Positions 37,256 to 48,703 are shown, numbered from the stretch's first letter. The stretch is DNA of 64,000 nucleotides from an uncultured bacterium (GCA_964521425.1 CAZFRO010000011.1:13534-77533); one strand, 5' to 3'. Translations and numbers: made by a program. The notes: generated by a model not told the origin, from the letters alone.

Positions 37256-38985
37256 TGTCTCGCGGACGCCGTCGGCGCAAGGACACGTCCACCAAGGGCA
37301 GGTCCAGCAAGGACACGTCCACCAAGAATAAGTCCACGAAGGGTAGAGCCACCAAGGACACGTCCGCCGAGGGTAGGGTGGAGACGTGGCTTGAAGGCCC
37401 ACCAAGATCCATGGGCGGCAGGGGGCGAGAGCTCTCTGTCGCTCTCTGCTATCCCTCCGAGTACTCGCTCGGCATGAGCAATCTCGGCTTCCAGTTCACA
37501 CTGGGGCTTCTCATCTCGGATGAGAACGTTCGCTGCGAGCGGGTCTTCTGGGACGAGGGATCCGGGCATCTGGGAAGAAGCTGTGAAACCGGCACACCGC
37601 TCAGCGACTTTGATGTGATCGCATTCTCCATCTCATTTGAAGATGACTACTTCAATCTCGTTCGCGTGCTTCAAGCAGCCGGCCTTGCGCCGTTTGCGGC
37701 TGAGAGAGGGGAGAGTGATCCCCTCATCGTCTTCGGGGGCGTCTGTGCGTTCCTGAACGCCGAACCGATTGCGCCGCTCGTCGATGCCGTTCTGGTCGGT
37801 GAAGCCGACGCGCTGCTTCATCCATTCCTGGCCGTGCTCCTGGCCGAGCGTGAGAGTGGGCGGGAGGTGATCATCCGCGCACTCGCCGAGGTCCCCGGCA
37901 TCTATGTCCCGGCTCTCGTCGATGTGAAGCGCGATGAGACGGGCAGGGTCGCAAGCTTCTCATGCCATGAGGGAGTCTCCCTGCCGATCCGCTCGGCGTG
38001 CGGGGGGGGTGGATTCGCGGAGACCGTAGTCCTCTCGTCCGACGCGTACTTCAGCGACATGTTCCTGATCGAGATCTCGCGCGGGTGTCGGAGGGGATGC
38101 CGTTTCTGCGCCGCCGGCCACATATACGGGGCCGTCCGACACAGAGCGGCGACGGATTGCATAGAACGTGTGCGAGCGGCGCTGCCGTTCGCGCGTAAGG
38201 TCGGTCTGGTGAGCGCGTCGTTGGGTGACCATCCCGAGATCCGCCTGATACTCCGCGAGCTTGTGTCGATGGGTGTTGAGGTAAGCGTGGCGTCGCTGCG
38301 AATAGAGAGTGTCGATGCCGAGCTGGCCGGTCTGCTTGTCGACTGCGGTGTGAGGACCGCCACGCTCGCTCCGGAAGCCGGGACGGAGCTGCTGCGTCGC
38401 AGGATAGGGAAGGGCACGAGTGATGCGACGATACTCCGTGCGGTAGCTGTTGCTTCGGCGGCCGGGATGAAGAAGGTGAGGCTCTACTTCATGTTGGGGC
38501 TTCCCGGAGAGACGGACGAGGACATTGAGGCCATCGCCGGGCTTGTCCGTCAGGCTCAGTCAGCGGCCTCCGGGGAGGGTAGGGCCAGAGTCACCGTCAG
38601 TCTCTCCCCGTTCGTTCCGAAGCCGAGGACGCCGCTCGAGTGGGCGCCGGCGGCGGGAGAGCGGGAGCTCCGTCAGAGAATAGCCATGCTTCGCCGGCTG
38701 CTTTCCACGAAACCCCGCGTTCGGCTTACGAGCGCCGGGCCGCGAGAGGCGAGGCGGGAGGCCGTGCTGGCACGTGGAGGACGTGAGCTGGCGGGGCCGA
38801 TCGTGGCGGTTGCGACTCAAGGTGTGCCGTGGAAGGCGGCGCTTAAGCGCGCCGGCGTGGATGCGGAGTGGATCGTCGGAAGAGAGTACGATAGAGATGA
38901 GCTTCTTCCATGGGAGACCGTCGATTCGGGGCCATCGAAGGACGCTCTGAGGCTGGTCTACGAGAAGCTCATGCCAAGACGATAG
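37255..38985 (+). CDS. Radical SAM protein (TIGR03960-like, B12-binding-like N-domain) with an N-terminal Lys/Thr/Ser-rich tandem repeat.
   Basis: CxxxCxxC motif in EISRGCRRGCRFCAAGHIYG. N-terminal region YPSEYSLGMSNLGFQF is typical of the family. The N-terminal 45 aa consist of KDTSTKG-type repeats and the true start may be internal. Confidence 0.75.
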   Translation: MSRGRRRRKDTSTKGRSSKDTSTKNKSTKGRATKDTSAEGRVETWLEGPPRSMGGRGRELSVALCYPSEYSLGMSNLGFQFTLGLLISDENVRCERVFWDEGSGHLGRSCETGTPLSDFDVIAFSISFEDDYFNLVRVLQAAGLAPFAAERGESDPLIVFGGVCAFLNAEPIAPLVDAVLVGEADALLHPFLAVLLAERESGREVIIRALAEVPGIYVPALVDVKRDETGRVASFSCHEGVSLPIRSACGGGGFAETVVLSSDAYFSDMFLIEISRGCRRGCRFCAAGHIYGAVRHRAATDCIERVRAALPFARKVGLVSASLGDHPEIRLILRELVSMGVEVSVASLRIESVDAELAGLLVDCGVRTATLAPEAGTELLRRRIGKGTSDATILRAVAVASAAGMKKVRLYFMLGLPGETDEDIEAIAGLVRQAQSAASGEGRARVTVSLSPFVPKPRTPLEWAPAAGERELRQRIAMLRRLLSTKPRVRLTSAGPREARREAVLARGGRELAGPIVAVATQGVPWKAALKRAGVDAEWIVGREYDRDELLPWETVDSGPSKDALRLVYEKLMPRR

Positions 38986-39011
38986 CTGGCAGGATGTGAG
39001 TTCGGAGACCC

Positions 39012-42000
39012 TTAGTCCGGCTCGATGCTCTTTCGGATGGCCGCGAGCAGGTTGTTGAACTCGTACGGCTTCTGGAGGAACTGGTACCCGCGGTCGCGGA
39101 TCTCTGTCCACTGTGACTTCTGGCCCGTGTAGCCGCTGCTGAGAAGGACGTTGATGTCCGGGGAGCGAGTCAGAAGCTCGTCCACAAGCGTGACCCCGCT
39201 CTTGCCGGGCAGAACAACGTCACTGAAGATGAGATCGAATCTCCCTTCCTCCTGGTCGAACAGCTCAAGCGCCTGCTCAGCACTCTCGGCGGCAACGATG
39301 TCGTAGCCGCTGTCCTTGAGCGCGCCCACTGCGAAGTCCCTTACCAGAGGCTCGTCCTCCACGAGCAGGATGCGTTCTCCGCGTCCCGACTCCACGATCT
39401 TAAGCGAAGCCTCATCCGACGTATCATCGGGCCCGGCATCCGTCGTCGGGATGTGAATGAGGAAAGTCGTGCCGTGGCCGACCTCCGTCTGAACCTGGAT
39501 CCATCCCTCGTGCTGGCGGATGATGCCGTAGGCGCCGGCAAGGCCAAGACCCGTGCCCTCGCCGCGTCCCTTGGTTGTGAAGAAGGGCTCGAAGATCCTG
39601 TCCACGACCTCGGGGGGTATTCCGGATCCGGAGTCCGTAACCGAGATGCAGATGTACTCCCCGGATGAGCAATCACCCTTGGACGGACAATCGTTCTCGC
39701 CCACCTGGATACACTTGGCGCCCACGGTCAGACTTCCTCCGTGCGGCATCGCATCGCGCGCGTTGACGACCATGTTGATGAGCACCTGTTCGATCTGCCC
39801 GCCGTCCACCTTGATACAGGGGAGACCGTCGGCGATATCCGTATGAAGCGCGATGTCCTCTCCGATGAGCCGCCTCATCATCTTCTCCAGGTCGGCGATG
39901 ATGCCGCCTGCGTCCAGGATCTTGGACTCGAGCGGCTGCCTGCGGCTGAACGCAAGAAGCTGGCCCGTGAGGTTGGCTGCTCGGTCGGCGCCCTTCTTGA
40001 CCTCGGTGATGTACGATCTGAGTGGGTTATCGTCCTCCATCTTCGCAAGTGCGAGATCCGAGTACCCGGTGATGGCTGTGAGGAGATTGTTGAAATCGTG
40101 AGCGACACCTCCCGCGAGCCGTCCGACGGCCTCCATCTTCTGCGCCTGCAAGAGCTGCCCCTGAGCCTCGGAGAGTTCCGCCAGGCTCTTCTCGAGTTCA
40201 CCGAGGGCATTGACCTTCCGCCACGATGCCGCTATCTGGTTCGCGAGCGCCGTGAGGATCGCCACATCGGCCCGTTTGAGATCGGGAGACAGCATCACCA
40301 GCGCGCCGAAGACCTCTCCCTCGGTGACAAGTGGGGCTGCGACGAGATGCTCGATCTTACCACGGTGACATGCATCCGGCGGGGACGTGGCTGCATCTCT
40401 GAATGAGTCTCCGACGACGCTTCGTCCATCCTCGACAAAGATGCTGCTCCCGTCGAGAAGCGTGGCCCTCGAGTCTGCCGGAATGAGCTCCGTGAGCGAT
40501 TGCGCCTGGGCCGAGTCGTCCAGCATCAGGGCTCTGGTGCAGGTGTCCAGATCCAGGAGCGAGGCGGCAGCCGTGTCGAGAACCTGCTTGGGTGTGAGAG
40601 CGCGAGCCATGGCAAGCGCGGCCGAGTTCACGGCGTGGAGCAGCTTCTCAGCTCGTTTCCGGTCAGTGATGTCTCTCAGAATCCAGACGTATGAGTGCGG
40701 TTTGCCATCGGGATCTGTCATCGGTGAGACAGTCATCTCACAGTCGAATGTTGTTCCGTCCCGGTGTCTATTGACGTGGGTTCCGTGCCAGATGCCACCG
40801 GAGGTCACGGCCTTGATCATCGCCGCGTGGATCTTGGCAGCAGAAGGCTCCGCGCTGAGTGTGTCGGGAACCAGACCAAGAAGCTCATCGTGATCGTAGC
40901 CGTACGTCAGCTCGGCTGCACTGTTGACGTAGGTGATCCTGAACTCGAGGTCCGTCACCATGATGCCATCGGAGACCTGGGTCGGGATCGAACTGAGGAA
41001 GCGCAGCTGATCCTCGGCCCGCCGGCGTTCGATCGACGTTCCGATCTGTCCGGACACGAACTTGAGCATTGCCAGGTCGTCTTCATCGAACTCGTCCGGA
41101 TTGTCATAGCTCTGGACCACGATCGCGCCGATGACCTCGCCTCGGGCGTGGAGCGGAACACCAAGCCAGATATCGCTGGGCGTGCCGATCATGTCGACCT
41201 CTCCGCGTGCCACCATTGCGTCGCCCGTCTCCTGGTCGAGCAGGAGGGCCCTGTCGTTGTGTATGACGTTGGCCGTGAGACTTCTCCCGGCCGGGAACGA
41301 TCCGTAGATACCCTGGTCGTGCTGATCCAGGAAGTAGGGAAGGGCAATGGTGTCGGTGTCGCTGTCGTAGAGCGCTATGAAGAAGTTATCGGTGTTCAGG
41401 ACCTTCCCCAGCTCCGTGTGGATCGTCTCGTAGAGCTCATCCATGTCCTCAGTAGTGTGCGCGGCGCTCGCGACCACGTAGGCGACCTGCTGCATCGCCT
41501 CGGCGCGCCTCATCTCGGTGATATCCATGCCTGAACTCAAGGTCCCCGTGATGGTTCCATCTGCGCCGTATATCATCGTGTTGTGCCAGGCCACCGTCCG
41601 TGTGTTGCCCTTGGCCGTCACAATTTCGTTCTCGTAGTGCGCCACGGGCACGATATCGCCCGCCATGAGCAGTTTGAACGCCCCTCTTACCTCCTCGCGG
41701 GAGTCCTCCGGCACGAACCAGTCGAACCAGTTCTGCCCGATCACCTCGTCCTCGCTCGACTCCAGCATCTCGCAGCCGCGTGTGTTGATCATCGTGACCA
41801 GGCCATCGGGTCCCAGGGCCACGAATGCCGCCTCAGCGAGGTCCAGGTAGCCCTGGGCGCGATCGCGGGCGTGCTTCATCTTCTCGACGGCCTCGAATCG
41901 GAGAAGGGCCGCCGCCAGCATCTCCGCCGCCGCTGCTATCGGTCCCATATCCTCCGGTGGAGGCGTCTTCATGGCGGAGGCCTGCTCGAACGAGAGAAAA

Positions 42001-42920
42001 CCGATCACTTCAGCCGCGGAGTGAATGGGCACCATCAGCGCCGAGCGCACCCCCAGCATGTCGAGTGACCTCTGGTCGGTCGCAGCCTCTTCCGGGAGGT
42101 CTCTGACATCCTCGATGACGGCGTTTCTCCCGGCGAGGATCTCGGACGTGCACCAGGGAAGCAGAGCGATGCTGAGATCCTGCTTGCTCCCGTCGGTTGC
42201 GGGTGAGTGATGGGGATTCCACTCGTGGGTCTTGTCTATTCTGTCCTCCGCCCGGAATCTGTAGATGCCGGCGCGGTCGACGGAGAGGGCGGTCGCCAGG
42301 TTTCTGAGTATCTCTCCGATATCGACGGAGACATCCCGTACGAGAGCGCGGGAGAAATCCGCCACGGCGCGGTCGAGCGCCCGTCTGTGTTCGAGGGCAT
42401 GTGCAGCGTCCGAATGCGCTCGGAGATCGGTTGCCGTCAGAGCTATGGCACACGGTCTGCCATCAGGGCTGGTCAGCACTCTTGCGTTCACGAGCATCGA
42501 GAAGAGCGAACCTGATCTGTGGACGTGTTGCACCACGAGTGCGCTGACACTGCCCCCTGCGGAGAGCGAGTCCAGCGCGTTCCGGGTCTGAGGCGGTTGG
42601 AACTCCGCTCGCAGCATTGAGATGCTCTTCCCTGCCAGTTCGCCGGGTTCGTACCCGTGCGCCTCGGCGAAGTAGTGGTTAATGTAGGTGATCGTGCCAT
42701 GTGTGTCGGTGGCCACGAAGCCGTGGTTGGTCTGTTCGCTCATGGCCTCCATGGTCTCTGCGTTCAGCCCGATGCGTGAGCGCTGTCCGACGAAGTAGCT
42801 GAGCATGAGCCCGGTGCCGAGCGTGAAAGCAGTGAGAGTGAGGCGAAAGACCCAGCCAAGCGGGGTGATTCCAGTGATGACGGCCTGCATAAACGTGATG
42901 TCGTAGAAGGCAACGAGCAA
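39012..42920 (-). CDS. Multi-sensor hybrid histidine kinase: N-terminal TM region, multiple PAS and GAF domains, HisKA, HATPase_c and a C-terminal receiver domain.
   Basis: HisKA H-box ([22 protein letters not shown]), G-boxes (GTGLGLA), and receiver ([29 protein letters not shown]...[14 protein letters not shown]). Several PAS/GAF-like blocks with coiled-coil linkers. Confidence 0.9.
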   Translation of the reverse strand: MLVAFYDITFMQAVITGITPLGWVFRLTLTAFTLGTGLMLSYFVGQRSRIGLNAETMEAMSEQTNHGFVATDTHGTITYINHYFAEAHGYEPGELAGKSISMLRAEFQPPQTRNALDSLSAGGSVSALVVQHVHRSGSLFSMLVNARVLTSPDGRPCAIALTATDLRAHSDAAHALEHRRALDRAVADFSRALVRDVSVDIGEILRNLATALSVDRAGIYRFRAEDRIDKTHEWNPHHSPATDGSKQDLSIALLPWCTSEILAGRNAVIEDVRDLPEEAATDQRSLDMLGVRSALMVPIHSAAEVIGFLSFEQASAMKTPPPEDMGPIAAAAEMLAAALLRFEAVEKMKHARDRAQGYLDLAEAAFVALGPDGLVTMINTRGCEMLESSEDEVIGQNWFDWFVPEDSREEVRGAFKLLMAGDIVPVAHYENEIVTAKGNTRTVAWHNTMIYGADGTITGTLSSGMDITEMRRAEAMQQVAYVVASAAHTTEDMDELYETIHTELGKVLNTDNFFIALYDSDTDTIALPYFLDQHDQGIYGSFPAGRSLTANVIHNDRALLLDQETGDAMVARGEVDMIGTPSDIWLGVPLHARGEVIGAIVVQSYDNPDEFDEDDLAMLKFVSGQIGTSIERRRAEDQLRFLSSIPTQVSDGIMVTDLEFRITYVNSAAELTYGYDHDELLGLVPDTLSAEPSAAKIHAAMIKAVTSGGIWHGTHVNRHRDGTTFDCEMTVSPMTDPDGKPHSYVWILRDITDRKRAEKLLHAVNSAALAMARALTPKQVLDTAAASLLDLDTCTRALMLDDSAQAQSLTELIPADSRATLLDGSSIFVEDGRSVVGDSFRDAATSPPDACHRGKIEHLVAAPLVTEGEVFGALVMLSPDLKRADVAILTALANQIAASWRKVNALGELEKSLAELSEAQGQLLQAQKMEAVGRLAGGVAHDFNNLLTAITGYSDLALAKMEDDNPLRSYITEVKKGADRAANLTGQLLAFSRRQPLESKILDAGGIIADLEKMMRRLIGEDIALHTDIADGLPCIKVDGGQIEQVLINMVVNARDAMPHGGSLTVGAKCIQVGENDCPSKGDCSSGEYICISVTDSGSGIPPEVVDRIFEPFFTTKGRGEGTGLGLAGAYGIIRQHEGWIQVQTEVGHGTTFLIHIPTTDAGPDDTSDEASLKIVESGRGERILLVEDEPLVRDFAVGALKDSGYDIVAAESAEQALELFDQEEGRFDLIFSDVVLPGKSGVTLVDELLTRSPDINVLLSSGYTGQKSQWTEIRDRGYQFLQKPYEFNNLLAAIRKSIEPD

Positions 42921-43300
42921 CGCAGAATGGGCGATCTACAGCACAGCCGCGGAGCCCAGGCTCAGTAGCACGGTCCTCTGTCTTGCGCTCATGTGCTCTC
43001 CATCACAGGAATGGTCCTTGAATAGGGCACTCTACGACACTCGGGCGAGTCGCAGCAGGGCACCCTGCGCGCACCGTCCAATCGTCCCGGATTCGTAGTA
43101 CTGTGGATGCACAAGTCGTACCAGTATCGAGCCACGCCGGGCCCTCAAGGTGGCGTCTGGTGTTGTATTTCCCCTTTGCCTGACGCCGGGGATTGTGGTA
43201 GCTTTCGCGTACACAAGCGGATTCGGTCGGGATCGCGCCTGGCGTGGCAAAGGGCACAAGGCACGGGGTCTGAAGGTGAACCCTATCCTGGAGGTGCAGG

Positions 43301-43636
43301 TTGAAGTTCAAGACCAAGATGGAGGGAGACGTCGCGGTCGTCCATATATCCGGAAACCTCATGGGTGGAGCGGAGAGCGACGACGTGAGAAATGAGATCA
43401 AGCGGTTGCTCGACGACGGGGGTCGCAAGTTCATCATTGATCTCAAAGGGGTGCCGTGGATCAACAGTACGGGACTGGGGACTCTCATGGCCATCTACAC
43501 GAGTGTCCAGCGTGAAGAGGGTGCTCTCAAGCTGGCGCACGTTTCAGACAGGATCCGGAGCCTCTTTATGATCACCAAACTCCTGACGATCTTCGATACT
43601 CATCCGACACAGCAGGAAGCATTGGACAGCTTCTGA
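43301..43636 (+). CDS. STAS-domain anti-sigma-factor antagonist (SpoIIAA/RsbV-like) with a canonical phosphorylatable Ser.
   Basis: KFIIDLKGVPWINSTGLGTLMAIY matches the DxxxxxfiDSsGlg STAS core. 111 aa. Followed by an RsbW-like kinase gene. Confidence 0.8.
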   Translation: MKFKTKMEGDVAVVHISGNLMGGAESDDVRNEIKRLLDDGGRKFIIDLKGVPWINSTGLGTLMAIYTSVQREEGALKLAHVSDRIRSLFMITKLLTIFDTHPTQQEALDSF

Positions 43637-43661
43637 TCGAGGCCCCTGCCCGGGAGACCGG

Positions 43662-44084
43662 ATGTCTGAAGCAGCATCAGGAGTTGAGGAGCTCGTCCTC
43701 CCGAATGAACTGGATGTTCTGGGACAGGTGGACTCGCTGGCCGGCAAGTACGGGAAGTTGGCGGGTTTCGACGACGGTCCTCTCATGGAGATTGCGATCG
43801 CCGTTGTCGAGGCGGTGACCAACGCCGTCGTGCACGGAAACGACTTGAGTGAGACGACGCAAGTCATCGTCAGGTTTGAATGGTCACCGGGAACATTCAA
43901 GGTGATAGTTCACGATGAGGGGGGCGGTTTCGATCTCGACAAGGTCTGCGATCCAACTGATCCCGAGAGATGCATGGGGACTTCGGGTCGCGGCATCTAC
44001 ATCATGCGCGAGGTGATGGACTCGGTGGTGTTCGAGATGGGGAAGGGTACGGGTACGACCCTCACGCTTGAGAAGGCGGTCTGA
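43662..44084 (+). CDS. Anti-sigma regulatory factor, Ser/Thr protein kinase (RsbW/SpoIIAB-like, HATPase_c).
   Basis: N-box AVVEAVTNAVVHGN, VIVHDEGGGFD G1 box, GRGIYIMRE. 140 aa. Immediately downstream of the STAS gene. Confidence 0.8.
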   Translation: MSEAASGVEELVLPNELDVLGQVDSLAGKYGKLAGFDDGPLMEIAIAVVEAVTNAVVHGNDLSETTQVIVRFEWSPGTFKVIVHDEGGGFDLDKVCDPTDPERCMGTSGRGIYIMREVMDSVVFEMGKGTGTTLTLEKAV

Positions 44085-44139
44085 CGGCACAGCAGCAGTC
44101 CAAGAGCGATATTCCAGAAGTGATACGAAGAAGGGGCCC

Positions 44140-44167
44140 TCGGATGAGGGCCCCTTCCTGCATTTCA
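44140..44167. terminator. Perfect hairpin between convergent rsbW-like and rpmB genes; putative bidirectional terminator.
   Basis: gaaggggccctc-ggat-gagggccccttc. Confidence 0.5.
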
Positions 44168-44178
44168 CTTCCCGCTCG

Positions 44179-44382
44179 TTAGGCAGCCGTTTTCCGGTAC
44201 TTATCAATTGCGCCTGAGCGTATGCAGCTCGTGCAGACGGACAGCTTCTTCGGGGTGCCGTCGATCACGACTTTCACCCGCTGCAGATTGGGGAGCCACC
44301 TGCGCTTCGTGACATTGTGCGCGTGGCTGACGTTGCTCCCTACCCGCGGGTGCTTTCCGCATATATCGCACTTACGTGACAT
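44179..44382 (-). CDS. rpmB: 50S ribosomal protein L28.
   Basis: [57 protein letters not shown] is unmistakably L28. 67 aa with an RBS GGAGGAAG upstream. The long six-frame ORF 44179..45159 is this gene plus a spurious extension antisense to recG. Confidence 0.92.
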   Translation of the reverse strand: MSRKCDICGKHPRVGSNVSHAHNVTKRRWLPNLQRVKVVIDGTPKKLSVCTSCIRSGAIDKYRKTAA

Positions 44383-44472
44383 GTTCTTCCTCCATCCGGA
44401 TATCAGTCGAAACCCGAATCTAGCACAGGCCGTAATGCCCCGCAAGCACTTTCCTGAGTTTGAGAGGGTGGC

Positions 44473-46632
44473 TTGACCCTCCCTGCCTGCTCGACTAGAA
44501 TGCGGGTGTTCCGGAATCCTACCCAGGAGGGCATCATCGCCACCGAGACAACCATACTCTCGCCTGTAAGGTTCCTGAAGGGCGTAGGTCCGAAGTCCGC
44601 AGGAGTCCTTGCTAAGGCTGGTGTGGAGACCATAGAGGACCTTTTCTACTACGTCCCACGGGCGTACACGGACTGGTCCGAGGTCTCCGAGGTGGATCGG
44701 CTCAGAGTCGGCGACAGGGTCACCGTGATCGTCAAGGTGCTCTCGTCCGACCTGAACAGATGGCGGGGTGGTCGCTCCGTATTCATGGCCGCGCTCGAGG
44801 ACGATTCCGGCGCCATCTTCGCGCGATGGTACAACCAGCCCTACCTTAAGACGACCCTCACAAAAGGCTCCAGGATCGTTCTGAGCGGAGAGGTGCGATT
44901 CGACCGGCACGCCCGTCGGAAGGAGTTCATCAATCCTGCCTTTGAGCTGATGGGTGAGAAGGACGTGGCGGAACTCGTTCACGCGGGGAGGATAGTGCCT
45001 GAGTATTCGCAGACGGGTGGTATCTCCGGGAAGCGAATCAGACGCATCATGAAGACCGCGCTCGACCGTCACCTTGACGAGGTCACGGAGCTCTTGCCTG
45101 CCTGGGTTGTGAAGAAGAGATCCCTGCCGGCCCGCAGAGATGCCTTTCGCGACGTCCACTTCGCGACGTCACTCGAGATTGCAGGGCGCGCCAGGATGCG
45201 GCTCGCCTACGAGGAGTTCTTTCTCTTCCAGGTCGTGGTTGCCGCGAGACGCAAGCGTCTCAAGACGCGGGAGTCAGGTGTCAAGGGATACACGTGGGAT
45301 GAGCACGAACACGAGAGGTTCCTCGCGACGCTGCCGTTCGAGCTGACGGCAGCCCAGAACCGGGTCATTTCAGAGATCAGGACCGACATCGAGGAGCCCG
45401 GGACCATGAACCGTCTGCTTCAGGGCGACGTCGGTTCCGGGAAGACGGTTGTGGCTGCCGCAGCGATGCACCACGCCGTAGCAGCGGGTTTCCAGGTCGC
45501 GATCATGGCTCCCACAGAGATCCTCGCTGAGCAGCACTACGCCAGCATCTCATCGCTCCTCGGCGCCCTCGGCAACAGGATCGTGCTCCTTCGTGGAGGA
45601 ATGAAGGCCAAGGAGAGGGCAGAGGCGCTTGAGTCCATATCGACCGGGGCGGCAGCCGTGGTCGTGGGAACGCACGCCCTCATTCAGAAGGGCGTCGAGT
45701 TCCATCGTCTGGGGCTCGTGATCGTTGATGAGCAGCACCGGTTCGGTGTCGCGCAGAGGGCGGCCCTGAGGAAGAAGGGCCGTTCGCCGGACGTGCTCGT
45801 CATGACGGCGACCCCGATACCGCGGACGCTTTCGCTTACCGTCTATGGAGATCTCGACGTCTCGGTGATCGATGAGCTTCCACCTGGAAGGACGCCGGTC
45901 ACAACTGCCGTTCGGGACGAGTCAAGCCGCGGGCGAGTCTACGACTTCCTCCGGTCACAGGTGGAAGATGGCCGCCAGGTCTTCATCGTTTACCCGCTTG
46001 TCGAGGAGTCGGACAAGATCGAACTCGCGGCCGCTACTAAGATGCACGAGGAACTGAACCAGAAGGTCTTTCCTGATATCGCCATCGGGCTCGTGCACGG
46101 ACGGATGAATGCCGAGGACAAGGCGAGTGTCATGAACGCCTTCTCCTCGGGTGAGATCAGCATTCTCGTTTCCACGACGGTCGTAGAGGTGGGTGTCGAT
46201 ATTCCCAACGCGACGGTCATGGTCATAGAGCACTCCGAGCGGTTCGGGCTGGCGCAGCTTCATCAGCTCAGGGGACGTGTGGGACGCGGAGAGCACCGTT
46301 CATACTGCATTCTCATGGTCGGTCGCAGCGCCTCGGACGAAGCGAGGGAACGGATCCAGGTGCTGGCGGATACTTCTGACGGCTTCGTCATCGCGGAGCG
46401 AGATCTCAAACTCCGGGGCCCCGGGGAGTTCATGGGGGTGAGGCAGCACGGGATCCCGAAGTTCGCGGTCGCCGATCTTGCAATGGACATGCGGCTTCTT
46501 GTCAATGCACGGGAGGACGCATTCGAGCTTCTGGAGAAGGACGGCGCGCTCGAGGAGCCTGCGAGCCGTGCGGTCGTGGACGCCATCAAGCGTAGATTCA
46601 AGGGCCGGGGTGCGCTGATAGATGTGGGCTAG
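44473..46632 (+). CDS. recG: ATP-dependent DNA helicase RecG.
   Basis: Wedge domain, helicase motifs [15 protein letters not shown], and TATPIPRTL (specific to RecG/Mfd). The start may be a downstream Met. Confidence 0.9.
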   Translation: MTLPACSTRMRVFRNPTQEGIIATETTILSPVRFLKGVGPKSAGVLAKAGVETIEDLFYYVPRAYTDWSEVSEVDRLRVGDRVTVIVKVLSSDLNRWRGGRSVFMAALEDDSGAIFARWYNQPYLKTTLTKGSRIVLSGEVRFDRHARRKEFINPAFELMGEKDVAELVHAGRIVPEYSQTGGISGKRIRRIMKTALDRHLDEVTELLPAWVVKKRSLPARRDAFRDVHFATSLEIAGRARMRLAYEEFFLFQVVVAARRKRLKTRESGVKGYTWDEHEHERFLATLPFELTAAQNRVISEIRTDIEEPGTMNRLLQGDVGSGKTVVAAAAMHHAVAAGFQVAIMAPTEILAEQHYASISSLLGALGNRIVLLRGGMKAKERAEALESISTGAAAVVVGTHALIQKGVEFHRLGLVIVDEQHRFGVAQRAALRKKGRSPDVLVMTATPIPRTLSLTVYGDLDVSVIDELPPGRTPVTTAVRDESSRGRVYDFLRSQVEDGRQVFIVYPLVEESDKIELAAATKMHEELNQKVFPDIAIGLVHGRMNAEDKASVMNAFSSGEISILVSTTVVEVGVDIPNATVMVIEHSERFGLAQLHQLRGRVGRGEHRSYCILMVGRSASDEARERIQVLADTSDGFVIAERDLKLRGPGEFMGVRQHGIPKFAVADLAMDMRLLVNAREDAFELLEKDGALEEPASRAVVDAIKRRFKGRGALIDVG

Positions 46633-46684
46633 GGGCGTGCGCTCAAGCGGCGTTGGAACGTGAGATGAGCACGGAGGAGTTCAG

Positions 46685-47248
46685 GTGGAGGGAGCAAGGA
46701 AGATGACAAGAGACGAGTGCGTTTCAGTGCTCAAGGAGAACTGCGGGAACAAGAATCTCCTGAAGCACATGTTCGCTACTGAGGCCGTCATGAAGGGGCT
46801 CGCAGAGCGGCTCGGAGAGGACGCCGAGTCGTGGGGAATGGCCGGGCTCATGCATGATCTCGATGTCGAGGAGACCGCCGACACGCCGGAGACGCACGGC
46901 CTGATATCGGCCGAGAAGCTCGAGAAGATGGGCTTCTCGGATGGAATCGTCCATGCGGTCAAGGCGCACAACAGCCACGTGCCGCGGGAGAGCGCCATGG
47001 ATCGGGGGCTCTACGCTGGTGATCCCGTCACGGGGCTCATTGTCGCGGCCACGCTCATGCATCCGGAGAAGAAGTTGGCGCTCGTTGATGTCCCGTTCGT
47101 CATGCGGCGCTACAAGGAAAAGCGCTTCGCCGCCGGCGCGAGTCGTGAGCAGATGGAGACTGTGCGTGAGCTGGGTATCGAGCTTGAGGAGTTCATCGGT
47201 ATCGCGCTTCTGGCGATGCAGGGGATAAGCGACGAGCTTGGTCTCTAG
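46685..47248 (+). CDS. HD-domain (HDIG-like) metal-dependent phosphohydrolase.
   Basis: HMFATEAVMKGLAE...AGLMHDLD...KAHN pattern of the HD superfamily. 187 aa. Confidence 0.7.
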   Translation: MEGARKMTRDECVSVLKENCGNKNLLKHMFATEAVMKGLAERLGEDAESWGMAGLMHDLDVEETADTPETHGLISAEKLEKMGFSDGIVHAVKAHNSHVPRESAMDRGLYAGDPVTGLIVAATLMHPEKKLALVDVPFVMRRYKEKRFAAGASREQMETVRELGIELEEFIGIALLAMQGISDELGL

Positions 47249-47266
47249 CGGTCTTGCTTGTGGCAG

Positions 47267-48520
47267 CTAGTAGAGCAGCTTCTCGGGGTTGACCCGCTTG
47301 TTGTGCTCTCTCACCTCGAAGTGTACGTGCGGGCCTGTGGAGATGCCCGTGCTTCCTACCTTGGCTACCTGCTGCCCCTTCTTCACGGTCTCACCCCTCT
47401 TGACGAGGAGCGTCGAGCAGTGTCCGTACAACGTCTCGCAACCGTTCGGATGCTCGATGACGACTGTCTTCCCGTAGCCGCCCTTCCAGCCTACGAACGT
47501 CACTCGTCCCGCGAGGGCTGAGCGAATCGGGCTTCCATGTCTGGCAGCGATGTCGAGGCCAGTGTGCATCATCCGGCGCTTGTGAACCGGGTGGAACCTG
47601 TATCCGTAGCGGCTCGAGATTCTGCCGTAGACCGGCCAGGCCATCCGGAACAGCTGCTCCAGTGCCCGCGTGCCCGGCACGAAGATCCTCTGGCCTATCT
47701 GGAGGGCCTTGACGTCCAGCCCCGGGTTTGCGTTCACGAGTTCCGCAAGCTCAACCCCGTACTTCGTGCAGATGCTGCTGACGGTGTCACCTCTCTTCAC
47801 GACGGAGTAGGTGCCGTCCGTGTCCGGTATCTCCAGTATCTGGCCGGGTCTCAGGTACCGCGCGCTCGGGAGGTCGTTCATGCCTATTATCGTTTCCATG
47901 CGCACGTGGTACTTCTTCGCGATGTTCCAGAGGCATTCACCGCGTGCGACAGCGTGTCTGACTATCGTCGGCGCGCCGCGCTTCGCCCTGCCATTTCCGC
48001 CAAGCGGCATCTTGCCTGCGAGCGGGTAGAGGAACTCCATTGAACGGTCCCAACTTCGCTCTCTCGAATAGAGCAGCGGCAGTCGAACGTCGGTCTCCCG
48101 TCTCGGCACACGCACGTAGCTCGCCCCGTTCGCACAGGCCAAGAGGTCGAGGTCGACACCGTTCGTGCCTGCTATCGCCTCGAGTCCCTCTCCTGCAGCA
48201 GCGATGTAGTCGTAGCTCTGGACCTCTTCAGGGATGGGCGTCATGACGCCGATGACGTCGAAGCCGGACTTGAGGTATGCGCTCCCCGACGTGCCCATGA
48301 CCCTGCCCCAGGGGGAGAGCTGATGGAACATCGGTGTTCGTGGGTTGAACGCGAGGGAAGACGTGTCTGCTGCGTGGCTTGCCGTGAGTCCTGAGGCAAC
48401 AGCCAGCATCAGCACCAGCGCGGACAGGAGCGAGTAGAATCGCACTCCGTCCGGCAGCTGTCTGAAGCGTTCGACCAGCCTGGTCATACGCCAGGCGCCT
48501 ATGTTCTTATCACGGTTCAT
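47267..48520 (-). CDS. Peptidoglycan DD-metalloendopeptidase, M23 family, with two LysM domains.
   Basis: Two LysM repeats (GECLWNIAKKYHVRMETIIGMNDL..., VVKRGDTVSSICTKYGVELAELVNANPGL). C-terminal M23 motifs HTGLDIA...HCS...GSTGISTGPHVHFEV. N-terminal signal/TM. ATG at 48520. Confidence 0.85.
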   Translation of the reverse strand: MNRDKNIGAWRMTRLVERFRQLPDGVRFYSLLSALVLMLAVASGLTASHAADTSSLAFNPRTPMFHQLSPWGRVMGTSGSAYLKSGFDVIGVMTPIPEEVQSYDYIAAAGEGLEAIAGTNGVDLDLLACANGASYVRVPRRETDVRLPLLYSRERSWDRSMEFLYPLAGKMPLGGNGRAKRGAPTIVRHAVARGECLWNIAKKYHVRMETIIGMNDLPSARYLRPGQILEIPDTDGTYSVVKRGDTVSSICTKYGVELAELVNANPGLDVKALQIGQRIFVPGTRALEQLFRMAWPVYGRISSRYGYRFHPVHKRRMMHTGLDIAARHGSPIRSALAGRVTFVGWKGGYGKTVVIEHPNGCETLYGHCSTLLVKRGETVKKGQQVAKVGSTGISTGPHVHFEVREHNKRVNPEKLLY

Positions 48521-48703
48521 AGATGAACTAAAAAATATACGGGTACTCGACGCGGCTGTCAACAACCGCGTCGCCACGTGCTGCTTCATACAGCAAGTGC
48601 TTACGGAATAGCACATTCGTCTACGGGAAGCAAGCAGGCCCCCCGCAAGGGTGGCACGTTCAGGCGGCCGGAATCGACTTGAGTCGGACGCAGTCCCAGG
48701 GCT

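Noticed and set aside
43100-43300. Possible ncRNA (RNase P, 6S or tmRNA-like) in the intergenic region upstream of the STAS gene.
   Set aside because: No recognisable conserved motif was seen by eye (no RNase P P4 helix, no tmRNA tag-reading frame or tRNA-like end). It is kept only as an unassigned regulatory region.
44383-45159. Upstream 260 codons of the 326-aa minus-strand ORF 44179..45159.
   Set aside because: Only the last 67 codons are ribosomal protein L28, with its own ATG and RBS. The remainder is antisense to recG and has an Arg/Gly/Pro-rich artifact composition.
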